From the NCBI GenBank assembly GCA_049519235.1, contig JBEKQY010000004.1, positions 1 through 56,606 of the forward strand: a DNA stretch of 56,606 bases, read 5' to 3'. Both the position numbers and the translations under genes were made by a program. Of the stretch, positions 1-8,941 are shown piece after piece. Every line of letters starts with the position of its first letter. Position 1 is the first letter of the stretch. The notes beneath the pieces were generated by a model, which saw nothing but the letters and a program-made list of their open reading frames with translations, had not been told where the DNA came from and ran no database searches. The stretch is from Candidatus Korobacteraceae bacterium (GTDB lineage: Bacteria; Acidobacteriota; Terriglobia; Terriglobales; Acidobacteriaceae).

Positions 1-89
1 TATGCGACATTTACTCATTTGTCAACATGCAGGAGCACAATCATGGCAATAGGTCGGCATTATGCACATGACTTGCGGGGAGGTTTTGG

Positions 90-2450
90 ATGGCCACTGT
101 CCGCAGTGAGGCGTGGCTGGAATCGCCCCGCTTGCAGGACATGGCAGACCTCGCGCTGGATCAGTTGCCCTTCGGCGTCGGCGACGCCACCGCCGGCAGC
201 GAGGACGAACTACAAGCCGTCGTGGTTGGGTCGTCCGGCGACTGCGACCTGCCGCTGAGCGTGCGCGAATCGCGTTTCTTCCGCAACATCGCCCGCCGCA
301 GTGCCAGCGGTGAAGCGCCGCGCCGCACCTTGACCGAACTGGAAGCCTTCCTCAGCGACACACGCGAAGTGTGGGAGAACAGTTGGATTCGCTTTCCCGA
401 GTCGCGCCTGAGCAAGCGCGCACTCCAGATTTTGCAAAGCGATTTGCAGGTAGCGAGAAATGGCTCCAGCAGCGAACGCTCCGATGCGCTGCGTTTTCGC
501 TTCACCCGGAACGGCGAGCCGTGGCTCCGCATACCTATCAGCTACGCGCTGAAGCTGTCGCTCGCCGACCTGGTGGGCATGCAGCCTCACATGCCGCAGG
601 CCATGCAGGCCGAAGCGTCCCGCCTGATGCGCCATTTTCTGAACGACAATACCTCGCCCGAGACAACGTCTTTTCACATCGTGGCGGGGGAGCGAACGCG
701 CTCCCTGGGCGAGCAAACCGCGCGCGAGACGGCGCGCCGCTTCTTGTTTACCTCGCTGTTGATGTCCTGGGCCAATCTGCGGTTCGGTCTGCTGGAGAGC
801 GGGCAGCGCGCCCTCGTGTACCATGCTCCCCTTCCGTCGGTGCATCAGGAAGAGCTATCGTCGTGCATCTCCGATTCGTTCTACCGCGAACTCTTCATGA
901 GTCCCTGCCTTTCAGGCTGGAGCGACGGCGAAGAAAAGTGCCAGTACATGCACCTTTGCCATCAGGTGCTCAGCCGCAGCCAGTTGAACGCAGTGGCCAA
1001 ACTGCGCGAGGCAGGCATCATCGCCAACGAATTGATCGTGCTGCCCAGCCTGTCGAACGTAAGTCTGTCCAATAACGGCATCCACATCAGCATCGGCAGC
1101 CGGCTGCTGGAAGGAAAACTTCGTGCAGGCTTCGACTTGTTGCCTGGGGATGAGAAACGGCTGGGCGATCTGGCCATCAAGATCTACGAACATTTCTTGT
1201 GTTTGTTCGTCGGCACCTACACGGCAGCTCCCTACCGGTTCGGATTTAATCAGTTCCATCCTGAACGGCTGCTGTCATTTCTGCCGCACGAGCTTGACTT
1301 CACGCACCTGCGCCTGCTGTGGCGGGAGTGGAAGGAAAAAGCGAAGCTTAGCGTCTGTGGGCATCCGGTTACGCCTTATGGGCCCGGTTGGCTGGATGGA
1401 ATGATGGCCAGGCTGTTTCGACTTCAGGGCGATTGCGTTCCCGATGCCAGGCTGCTGACCTATCCCGTGGCATGGCTGGGGAGCGAGCACTCGTCAGCAT
1501 TGGATGGCACCGCCGGAAATATCGGCCGGTTGTCATCGGAGCTCGATGAGTTGGGAATTGTGGACCAGCGGATGTCGTTTTATATGCCGCTGCGCTTGCG
1601 GGAGCGGCAGCGCGATGGCTATGCGGGCTTTGAGGCCCGCTATTACAGCTTGTTTCCCAGCTATGACGGCGATATGGCGGCCGCGGCCAATCTGCAACAG
1701 TTCTTTTTGGCCTTCGCCTACAAATTGGCGTTGCAGGGAGAAATAAGCCACCACCAGATTCCCGACGATCCCACGTCAGAGAGCGAGCGGCGGCAGCCGT
1801 TCTTTTTCTCAGCGGCGGGATTGCCTGCCTTCTACGTGCATCGAGATTCACGCAATGAACTGTTGCGCATGGTGCTTCTCAATTGCAAGAAGACGCGGCC
1901 GAGTCGCAGGCATCCGAAATATATTCGCATCGCCATCGCCGACTATCGCCGCGCGTTGCTCGCATTCGTGCAGCAAGCGGGCTCCGATCTCGCCGAGGCC
2001 ATGAACCTGCAGCCGGTGCTGGCTGAACTGGCGGAACGTTGCCAGGACGAACAACAGCATGCCAGTCGGCGCCTGGAAAAGAGTATCGCCGGCGATTCGG
2101 CGAAGAATGCTATGAAGCTCGAGGCCCGCGAGTTCAATCGCGCGGCCGAAGACTTCTATCGCGACGGCCTGCGGCGCCAGCACCTGCGCGAGGCTGTCGC
2201 CCATTTGCGCGAAGACGTGGCATATCTGGAACGCTTCGCCTGTGATGAAACAAAAATACGGCTCCGCCACGGCGTGCGTATTCAGGACTTGGCACGATTT
2301 CTTCAGGACGCTGAGAAGCGGGTGTTGACGGACGATTTGTCGCTGCCCGAAATTACCGCGCTCTTAAACCTGATGCTGGTGCTGACGGAGTGGAACCGCG
2401 CCCGGGCCGCACAGGCCGCAGAAGGACTTGATGCAACACCAGTACATTGA
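90..2450 (+). CDS. hypothetical protein, 786 aa, family not recognised
   Basis: Long uninterrupted ORF. ATG at 90 is preceded by GGGGAGG. Its last ~20 nt overlap the start of the next ORF (coupling). I can name no catalytic motif by eye. Confidence 0.6.
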   Translation: MATVRSEAWLESPRLQDMADLALDQLPFGVGDATAGSEDELQAVVVGSSGDCDLPLSVRESRFFRNIARRSASGEAPRRTLTELEAFLSDTREVWENSWIRFPESRLSKRALQILQSDLQVARNGSSSERSDALRFRFTRNGEPWLRIPISYALKLSLADLVGMQPHMPQAMQAEASRLMRHFLNDNTSPETTSFHIVAGERTRSLGEQTARETARRFLFTSLLMSWANLRFGLLESGQRALVYHAPLPSVHQEELSSCISDSFYRELFMSPCLSGWSDGEEKCQYMHLCHQVLSRSQLNAVAKLREAGIIANELIVLPSLSNVSLSNNGIHISIGSRLLEGKLRAGFDLLPGDEKRLGDLAIKIYEHFLCLFVGTYTAAPYRFGFNQFHPERLLSFLPHELDFTHLRLLWREWKEKAKLSVCGHPVTPYGPGWLDGMMARLFRLQGDCVPDARLLTYPVAWLGSEHSSALDGTAGNIGRLSSELDELGIVDQRMSFYMPLRLRERQRDGYAGFEARYYSLFPSYDGDMAAAANLQQFFLAFAYKLALQGEISHHQIPDDPTSESERRQPFFFSAAGLPAFYVHRDSRNELLRMVLLNCKKTRPSRRHPKYIRIAIADYRRALLAFVQQAGSDLAEAMNLQPVLAELAERCQDEQQHASRRLEKSIAGDSAKNAMKLEAREFNRAAEDFYRDGLRRQHLREAVAHLREDVAYLERFACDETKIRLRHGVRIQDLARFLQDAEKRVLTDDLSLPEITALLNLMLVLTEWNRARAAQAAEGLDATPVH

Positions 2451-3441
2451 GCGCAACACCGGCAACGTGGTGCGCGAGCAATTGCTCGCCGATTCGCTGA
2501 TCAATGCGCTGTACTCGCCGGCGCTGGAACGAGCTCCACTTCTGTCTCGCATGGCGTCGAGCCGGTATGTGTCCCAGGTGCTCGGCTACCTGAACTACGA
2601 CAACCTCGTCTCTTCCCGGGCGACCGGCATGCTGCGCTTTCTGAGGCAGTCGGGCATACCCCTGTCGGAGTTCGTCGGTAACCTGTCGGATTACGATACC
2701 GCCCGCAAAATCTTCGAACGCCAGATCCGCTACTGGAACTGCCGTCCTATGCCTCAGACGCCCCGTCCTGTGCTGTGTCCAGCCGATGCCCGGGCCTTGA
2801 TCGGATCAATGGAGCAGACCTCGGGGCTGTATCTGAAGCAAAAATTTTTCTCCTTCCCGGAATTGCTGGGTGAGGCCTCGGCGTGGCACAGCTCGTTTCA
2901 GAACGGTGACTACGCTGTCTTCCGGCTGACTCCGGAGAAATATCACTACACCCACAGCCCGGTTTCGGGACGCGTGCTGGACATCTACTCCGTCGAGGGC
3001 CGCTACTACTCCTGCAACCCCAATGCGGCGGTGCAAGTGATCACGCCGTTCTCCAAGAATCGCCGGGTGATAACGATCCTGGACAGCGACTGCCCCAACG
3101 GGTCAAGGGTGGGTCGCGTGGCCATGATAGAAGTCGTGGCTCTGATGGTGGGACAAATCGAGCAACGCTACAGCGAGCACCGCTACGAGAACCCGCGACC
3201 GGTGGAAAAGGCGATGTTCCTAAAGGCAGGCGCCCCCAAGGCGCTGTTCCGGCCAGGAAGCAGCACCGTGGTCTTGCTGTTTCAGGCCGGTCGAATCAGC
3301 TTCGCCCCGGACCTTGCGGAGAACCAGCGCCGCAGCGGGGTGCAGAATCGCTTCGCGCTGACGCTGGGAGAGCCTGTCACCGAGACCGATGTTGCGGTGC
3401 GCTCGTTGCTGGCAACACCGGCAGAGGAGGAACCATGCTGA
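2431..3441 (+). CDS. phosphatidylserine decarboxylase-family proenzyme (divergent)
   Basis: 'FRLTPEKYHYTHSPVSGRV' resembles the PSD His-motif region. The C-terminal 'RPGSSTVVLLF' resembles the LGST-type self-cleavage (pyruvoyl-forming) site. The ORF track opens at TTG 2428; the first ATG is at 2431. Confidence 0.7.
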   Translation: MQHQYIERNTGNVVREQLLADSLINALYSPALERAPLLSRMASSRYVSQVLGYLNYDNLVSSRATGMLRFLRQSGIPLSEFVGNLSDYDTARKIFERQIRYWNCRPMPQTPRPVLCPADARALIGSMEQTSGLYLKQKFFSFPELLGEASAWHSSFQNGDYAVFRLTPEKYHYTHSPVSGRVLDIYSVEGRYYSCNPNAAVQVITPFSKNRRVITILDSDCPNGSRVGRVAMIEVVALMVGQIEQRYSEHRYENPRPVEKAMFLKAGAPKALFRPGSSTVVLLFQAGRISFAPDLAENQRRSGVQNRFALTLGEPVTETDVAVRSLLATPAEEEPC

Positions 3442-4487
3442 ACATAATCTCCGTCGCGGCATTGGCGCTGGGATTATTCGCGCTGCTTGCATGGGGTGTG
3501 CGAACGCTTTCGTCCGAGCGCTGGCAAATGCTTGCCGCGATACCGGTCGCCAAGTCAGCCGATGGGTCGTGGCGCGGACTGAACCTCACGTTCTACGGTT
3601 TCTTCAGCGCCGCCGGCACCACTTTTGGTTTTAGCGTCATGCTGCTGTTGCTGGCCGCGCTCCGAATTCCCGCTGCCATCGGCATTGCATTAGCGCTGCT
3701 GATCGTGCTGGTGAGCGTTCCGGCGTCGCGGATTGTGGCTGCCCTCGTGGAGCGCAAACGCGACACCTTTACCGTGGCCGGAGCGGCCTTTGTGACGGCC
3801 CTGATTTTTCCGCTGGTATTAGTGGCGTTGCGGCCGCTGCTGGCTACCCTATTGCATCGCCAGATCGCCGTCCTTCCGATACTGGCGGCCGGAGCAATTG
3901 CTTACGTGCTGGGCGAGTCCGTCGGCAGGCTGGCCTGCCTCAGCTTTGGCTGCTGCTATGGCATGCCGTTGCGCGAGGCCAGGCCGGCGATCGCGCGTCT
4001 CTTCCAAACTCACCATCTGGTGGTTCAGGGAGCAACCAAGAAAGCTGCTTACGCCTCCGGACTGGCCGGCGAACCGCTGGTCCCGGTACAGGCGATTACT
4101 TCGGCCATATACGCAGTTTCGGGCGTGGCGGGGGTAGCGCTGTTTCTGTGGCAGCAGTGGCGTCTGGCAGCTCTGGTTCCGATGGTCGCAAGCTGGGGAT
4201 GGCGCGCGTGCTCGGAATCCTTGCGAGCCGACCATCGCGGCAGTTCGCGAATCTCGGCCTATCAGGTCATGGCCATTTTCTCGGTGATGTATCTCAGCGT
4301 TTTTGTGGCGCTGTTACCCCTGCCAGTGGCCCTTGAAGCCGACCTCTCCTGGGCATTCGCGCAGGTGTTTTCGGCCCCGGTCATCCTGCTGCTCCAGATC
4401 TTCTGGCTGGCCTTGTTTCTGTATTACGGACGAAGCCGGGTAACCGGATCCACGCTGTTGTTCCACGTGATCCCGGAGCGCGTGTAA
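3435..4487 (+). CDS. polytopic membrane protein, prolipoprotein diacylglyceryl transferase (Lgt)-like
   Basis: Multiple hydrophobic helices. 'GRLACLSFGCCYGMP' resembles the conserved GR-x-G-x-F-x-x-G-C-C-Y-G loop seen in Lgt-family proteins. ATG 3435 overlaps the upstream stop (ATGCTGA). Confidence 0.45.
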   Translation: MLNIISVAALALGLFALLAWGVRTLSSERWQMLAAIPVAKSADGSWRGLNLTFYGFFSAAGTTFGFSVMLLLLAALRIPAAIGIALALLIVLVSVPASRIVAALVERKRDTFTVAGAAFVTALIFPLVLVALRPLLATLLHRQIAVLPILAAGAIAYVLGESVGRLACLSFGCCYGMPLREARPAIARLFQTHHLVVQGATKKAAYASGLAGEPLVPVQAITSAIYAVSGVAGVALFLWQQWRLAALVPMVASWGWRACSESLRADHRGSSRISAYQVMAIFSVMYLSVFVALLPLPVALEADLSWAFAQVFSAPVILLLQIFWLALFLYYGRSRVTGSTLLFHVIPERV

Positions 4488-4506
4488 GACGCATGAGCGC
4501 CGAAGC

Positions 4507-6129
4507 CTACCATTTGCTCACCGAGGTAAAGGCCCAAAACAAAGAAGCCGACAAGCCGATCGAGACCGGCAAGGTGAGCCCCCATGCCATGAGCAGATTG
4601 CGTAGGGTTGCCCACTGCAAGCCGGAGCGATTAGCGGCCATGGTACCCGCAACTCCGGACGACAACACGTGCGTGGTACTCACCGGCAATCCGTAAAAGT
4701 CGGCGGCACCGATGGTCACCATGGCCGTGATTTCCGCCGCTGCTCCCTGACCGTAGGTAAGGTGATCTTTGCCGATCTTTTCGCCCACCGTGATGACGAT
4801 TCGCTTCCAACCCACCATGGTTCCCATGCCCAGCGCCAGGGCAACCGCAACCTTCACCCAGGTGGGAATGAACTTGGTGGCATTGTCAATGTACTTCTTG
4901 TAGTTGGTGAGGACCGTCCAGTCCTGCGCGCTGAACTGGGGCTTGCCCGACTTCTTCATCAAACGCAGGGCCTCGCTCACCAGGTACATATCGTTGCGGA
5001 AGTTGCGGACCCGATCGTTCGGTATGTTCGCGAGCTCGTGGTAGAGCACCACCTCGTTGGAAATGTCGTTGATCAAGCCGCGCAGCCCCAGCATCGTGTT
5101 GGGCGTGAAGTCTTTTGTCCGGACATAGTCGGCAACTTCGTCGCGCGGATCGGCCACAACTGCATCGGGCGAGACGTAGGGATCGAGCGCGCGTGCAGCC
5201 TGCTGGGACACGGCTACAAAATCCACCGATTGTTGTGCGGTGAAGGCGTGATTCAGGGCATACGCGGTGGGAACGGTGCCGATCAGGATCAGCATGATCA
5301 GTCCCATACCCTTTTGGCCGTCGTTAGAACCGTGGGCAAAACTGACTCCCGTGCAAGTAAGGATGAGCAGCCCGCGAATCCAGAAAGGAGGCGGTTCCGT
5401 TCCTTTGGGAGCTTCGTACAAGCGCTTGTCCTTAATGAAAACCTTCGACAGGGTCAACAAACTCGCGGCCAGCGCGAAGCCGACGATGGGCGACAGCAGC
5501 AGCGATTTGCCCACGTTCAAGGCTTGTCCCCAGTCCACGCCACTGGTCGCGGTGTGCGCCTGCATCAACTGGTTGGCTATGCCGACACCGATGATGGAAC
5601 CAATCAGGGTGTGCGAACTCGAGGACGGCAGGCCAAACCACCATGTGCCCAGGTTCCAGATAATGGCTGCGGTCAACAGCGCGAACACCATCGCAAAGCC
5701 CGCGCCTTTGCCCACCTGCAAGATAAGTTCCACCGGCAGCAAAGAGATGATGCCGAAGGCGACCGCACCGGTCGATAACACGACTCCGACGAAGTTCCAG
5801 AACCCCGACCACGCAACCGCAATATGCGGATCCATCGAATGGGTATAGATAACGGTTGCCACCGCGTTGGCGGTATCGTGAAAACCGTTGACAAACTCGA
5901 ATCCCAGCGCGACCAGCAGCGCGACCCCGAGAAGGACATACGGAAAGAACGAGGCGCTGTGGACCGTGCGCAGATCGGAAACCAGATGGGCCGCGGCATA
6001 GACAACGCCGATGACCATCACCACTCCGAAGATGGCCATTCCCAGTTTTCCCGGTGACTTGGCGAGCTTGGCGTGAACTCCGTGGGTCTCTGGAACCGGC
6101 GATGATAAAGGAGCAGACGTGGTCGCCAT
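4507..6129 (-). CDS. inorganic phosphate transporter, PiT family
   Basis: 'FVNGFHDTANAVATVIYT' near the N-terminus and 'GLPVSTTHVLSSGVAGT' near the C-terminus form the duplicated PiT/PHO4 signature. Many TM helices. ATG 6129 is preceded by AAGGGGA. Confidence 0.85.
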   Translation of the reverse strand: MATTSAPLSSPVPETHGVHAKLAKSPGKLGMAIFGVVMVIGVVYAAAHLVSDLRTVHSASFFPYVLLGVALLVALGFEFVNGFHDTANAVATVIYTHSMDPHIAVAWSGFWNFVGVVLSTGAVAFGIISLLPVELILQVGKGAGFAMVFALLTAAIIWNLGTWWFGLPSSSSHTLIGSIIGVGIANQLMQAHTATSGVDWGQALNVGKSLLLSPIVGFALAASLLTLSKVFIKDKRLYEAPKGTEPPPFWIRGLLILTCTGVSFAHGSNDGQKGMGLIMLILIGTVPTAYALNHAFTAQQSVDFVAVSQQAARALDPYVSPDAVVADPRDEVADYVRTKDFTPNTMLGLRGLINDISNEVVLYHELANIPNDRVRNFRNDMYLVSEALRLMKKSGKPQFSAQDWTVLTNYKKYIDNATKFIPTWVKVAVALALGMGTMVGWKRIVITVGEKIGKDHLTYGQGAAAEITAMVTIGAADFYGLPVSTTHVLSSGVAGTMAANRSGLQWATLRNLLMAWGLTLPVSIGLSASLFWAFTSVSKW

Positions 6130-6328
6130 GCTATATCCCCTTTTTCCCTCTGTTGCTGGACATGTGATTGCCTCGAAAAGATACTATGTGCGGGCCGCGT
6201 GCCAGATGAATGGCGCTTGAATTTGCCGTGAATACATCATGAATATCGTTGTTGTTCAGAATTATCTTAGAGGGACGCATGCGAAGGGAGTGTCGGACCG
6301 GTTGGACACAAACATTGAGCTCGGGGGG

Positions 6329-6472
6329 TTAGAAGCCGTAGTCAATCTTCCGGAGTTCGTCCTTATAAAGGTCTCGAGCGGCCAGGGCCTCCTCAGCCCG
6401 AATGGCAGCTACCCATTGTTCCGTGGCAGCCTTGTAGTTAGCGCGTAGCTCGTCCAGCTTTGCAGTGTCCAT
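6329..6472 (-). CDS. possible small helical protein, 47 aa (MDTAKLDELRANYKAATEQWVAAIRAEEALAARDLYKDELRKIDYGF)
   Basis: Hand-translated, below the ORF-track length cutoff. Clean ATG..TAA with helical, charged composition. No convincing Shine-Dalgarno, and it overlaps the spurious-looking + ORF 6239..6448. Confidence 0.3.
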   Translation of the reverse strand: MDTAKLDELRANYKAATEQWVAAIRAEEALAARDLYKDELRKIDYGF

Positions 6473-6673
6473 AGGTCTTGTGGATGCTAGTGCAACATTG
6501 ACTAGCGGTCAACTGCGAACCGATTCTTTCATTAACATTTCACGATACATTCACAAAGAATGTCTTGCGGTGGGGAGTTTGGCACGCCTCTGGTGGTTGT
6601 CGGTGGTCTTTCCGCTAGACTCTTCGCGAGGCAGACGCCTTGAGTCCTCAATCAAGTAATATTTGAAGACCGA

Positions 6674-8671
6674 ATGGAAATTTCTATACACTCTGGTGAT
6701 CTCCGCCCCGCGCTGGCCACATGTAAGACGCTCTCGAACGCGGTCGGGACCATCAACCCGCGACCTCCAGGTTTGCACAACCACCTGATCCAACTGGTTA
6801 AGCAGGGACTTGCTCGCTTGCTGGCTGGCTATACGCGGTCCCAGCGTGAGTTCAACTTATCGGTTGTTCGGTCCCTTCACATCCTCGCCAGCTCGATTGA
6901 AAAACTTCGAACCAACGTGCAGGCAATGGACGGGAGATTACCTCAGTTGGAGCGGGAAAACACAGAGCTGACGTCCACCTTGCAGAAGTGCCTGGAGATT
7001 CTGGTCAAACTGGAATCGCTGGCCAACTCGCAGAAGAACGCCGGTCCTGAGACCGCGCTCTCCGGCATCGAAAGACAAGCGCCGAGCCCGCAGGCAGCCC
7101 CCTCGGTCGGGCCCTGTGACTGCGCTGAACTGCGCAGTGCAGCGGCCGCCATTGAGAAATGCAGAAACGCTTTGGCGACCAGCAACCCGCGCCCCTCCGC
7201 GTGGCACGACAGCCTGGTCCAATTTATTCAGAAGCCGCTGGCTCGCTTGCTGGCTTGGTATGCGCGGCCCCAGCGTGAGTTCAACCTATCGGCTGTTCGA
7301 TGCCTCGACATCCTCGCCAGCTCCATGCAAAACCTCCAAATTAACTTGCAGGCAATCGACGGAAGACTACCCCAGTTGGAGCGGGACAACGCGGCGCTTA
7401 CGTCTTCCTTGCAGGAGTGCCTGGAGCTCTTCGCCAAACTGGAATCGCTGGCCACCCCGCAGAAGAACATCGATCTTGAGACCGCTCTCGAAACCGCTCT
7501 GGCCAGCATGGAAGGGCCCGCGTCCAACTCGCAGCCATCCCCCTCGGTCAAGCTGTATGACTTCGATGAACCGCACAGCGCAGTGGCCGCCACTGAGAAG
7601 CCCAGCAACGCAACCACCGCTAGCCTGTGGCCTTGGCGTGATTTCAATGCCTCCATAGGTCAATCGCTCAAAGAAGTAGTCCGCGCCGTTGGGAAGCTTT
7701 CCACTGTCATAGTTACCCTTGACTGCCGCTTGGCACAGGCGGAGAAGAGGAGCGCCACCCTGGCGGAGGCAATACAAGAGCAGCTTTCGCTCTTGCACGG
7801 GTTGGTAAAAGCGATAGTTAGCTTACAGAAGACGGCAATCCTGGAAGTCCCTGCTAGCAGGATGGAAACCGACTGGGACAAACAGGCCCGTGAGGTTTCT
7901 CAGTTCTACATCGACACGGGTCTTGGGAACGACAGAACAACTTATCTTATTGGACTGTTCGGCACCGGCCGTTTGTATGTCAATGGACTGATGCTACAGA
8001 ACAGTGGAGAAAGAGCGAAATATTTTAGGGATGGGATCCGCTTGCATCGAGGTCCGACATCTATGATCTATAGCGGCCACGCCACAAGGAGGTATGTCTC
8101 TCGCGGCCAGTTTTTGCCAGCGGTAATGAGCTGTATCTTGGAAGCGGTCAGATTGGGATTTGCCGATTTGATTTTTCTCTGTCGTCATCCCCTCGATTCG
8201 TTGCTGACAAATTGGATTTGGTGGCGGACATACATTCACGCCCACAAGGGGATTGGGGGTATCTCGGAGATTTATAAGAACACGGACAATCTATGCGCCG
8301 ATTTAGAGCAGAATTTCTCTGAATTCAAGGCCTTTGCCGAAGGCGACCCGGATTTTTTCGCGGCCGAACCAGGCACGCGATTTCTGTCTTTCCAGGAATT
8401 TGTTGAGGAAACTGCGCTTCATCTCCAATCCGCCACGCTCACGCTGCGGCTGGAAGACTTCATGGTCGATCCGCTCAAGGAATTTTCTAAGATCGTTGAA
8501 CTCATGTCGGTTGATTTTAATTCGATTCGTTTACCTATAGTCCCTCCCCATACCAAGCCTTATCGCTATTTGGCGATTAAAGACAAAGTCCCTCGATTTA
8601 GAAACTTTATCGATGGGCTGGATGCGGAGACAAAAGGACGGATTCAGAAGATCGGCTATAGTCTAGATTAA
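6674..8671 (+). CDS. coiled-coil repeat protein with C-terminal sulfotransferase-like (PAPS-type donor binding) domain
   Basis: The N-terminal ~390 aa are 2.5 tandem copies of a heptad-rich module ('..NPRP..W..L(V/I)Q..(K)..LARLL(A)WY.RPQREFNLS.VR.L.ILASS...L..N.QA.DGRLPQLER.N..LTS.LQ.CLE....KLESLA..QKN'). The C-terminal ~270 aa carry 'YLIGLFGTGRLYV' (5'-PSB-like P-loop) and 'FLCRHPLDSLLTNW' (R-x-P-x-D-x-x-x-S/T, 3'-PB-like), as in sulfotransferases. Confidence 0.6.
   Translation: MEISIHSGDLRPALATCKTLSNAVGTINPRPPGLHNHLIQLVKQGLARLLAGYTRSQREFNLSVVRSLHILASSIEKLRTNVQAMDGRLPQLERENTELTSTLQKCLEILVKLESLANSQKNAGPETALSGIERQAPSPQAAPSVGPCDCAELRSAAAAIEKCRNALATSNPRPSAWHDSLVQFIQKPLARLLAWYARPQREFNLSAVRCLDILASSMQNLQINLQAIDGRLPQLERDNAALTSSLQECLELFAKLESLATPQKNIDLETALETALASMEGPASNSQPSPSVKLYDFDEPHSAVAATEKPSNATTASLWPWRDFNASIGQSLKEVVRAVGKLSTVIVTLDCRLAQAEKRSATLAEAIQEQLSLLHGLVKAIVSLQKTAILEVPASRMETDWDKQAREVSQFYIDTGLGNDRTTYLIGLFGTGRLYVNGLMLQNSGERAKYFRDGIRLHRGPTSMIYSGHATRRYVSRGQFLPAVMSCILEAVRLGFADLIFLCRHPLDSLLTNWIWWRTYIHAHKGIGGISEIYKNTDNLCADLEQNFSEFKAFAEGDPDFFAAEPGTRFLSFQEFVEETALHLQSATLTLRLEDFMVDPLKEFSKIVELMSVDFNSIRLPIVPPHTKPYRYLAIKDKVPRFRNFIDGLDAETKGRIQKIGYSLD
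6713..7590 (+). repeat. intragenic tandem duplication, two ~429-nt units, with a degenerate partial third unit continuing to ~7845
   Basis: NPRP motifs at aa 28 and aa 171 give a 143-aa (429-nt) period. The DNA of the two units aligns by eye with many identical runs, e.g. 'cccagcgtgagttcaac', 'ccagttggagcggga', 'aaactggaatcgctggcca'. Confidence 0.75.
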
Positions 8672-8758
8672 GTATAGTGTGAATTATCAGACTATCTGCA
8701 TTTGTGTGCCATATTAAAGCAGTTTCACAGTTAGTGTAGTCCGGGACGCACGGGTGGA

Positions 8759-8886
8759 GCGGCGCTTTAGCGCCGCGTCTGGCCGCGGGCAAGAGAACCG
8801 CTTGGGCCGCTGCGGTCATTGGAAATGTCCGCAGCGGCCCAAGCCTTATAAGAGTGAATTGCCTGGACGCCAGCCTGAAGGCTGGC
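8759..8886. repeat. cluster of three GC-rich perfect hairpins (REP-like) between convergent genes; the middle one is a plausible bidirectional terminator
   Basis: Hairpin at 8759-8776: GCGGCGC-TTTA-GCGCCGC. Hairpin at 8800-8844: 16-bp perfect stem (GCTTGGGCCGCTGCGG / CCGCAGCGGCCCAAGC) with a 13-nt loop. Hairpin at 8869-8886: GCCAGCC-TGAA-GGCTGGC. Confidence 0.6.
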
Positions 8887-8941
8887 TCTACCCGGTCTAC
8901 ACTAACTCCGAAACTGGTATAGCCATGCCGGTCAAAAGTTC

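Noticed and set aside
4669-5778. 369-aa plus-strand ORF inside the PiT gene
   Set aside because: Antisense to a transporter carrying both PiT signatures. The product is not membrane-like and is Arg/Gly/His-rich.
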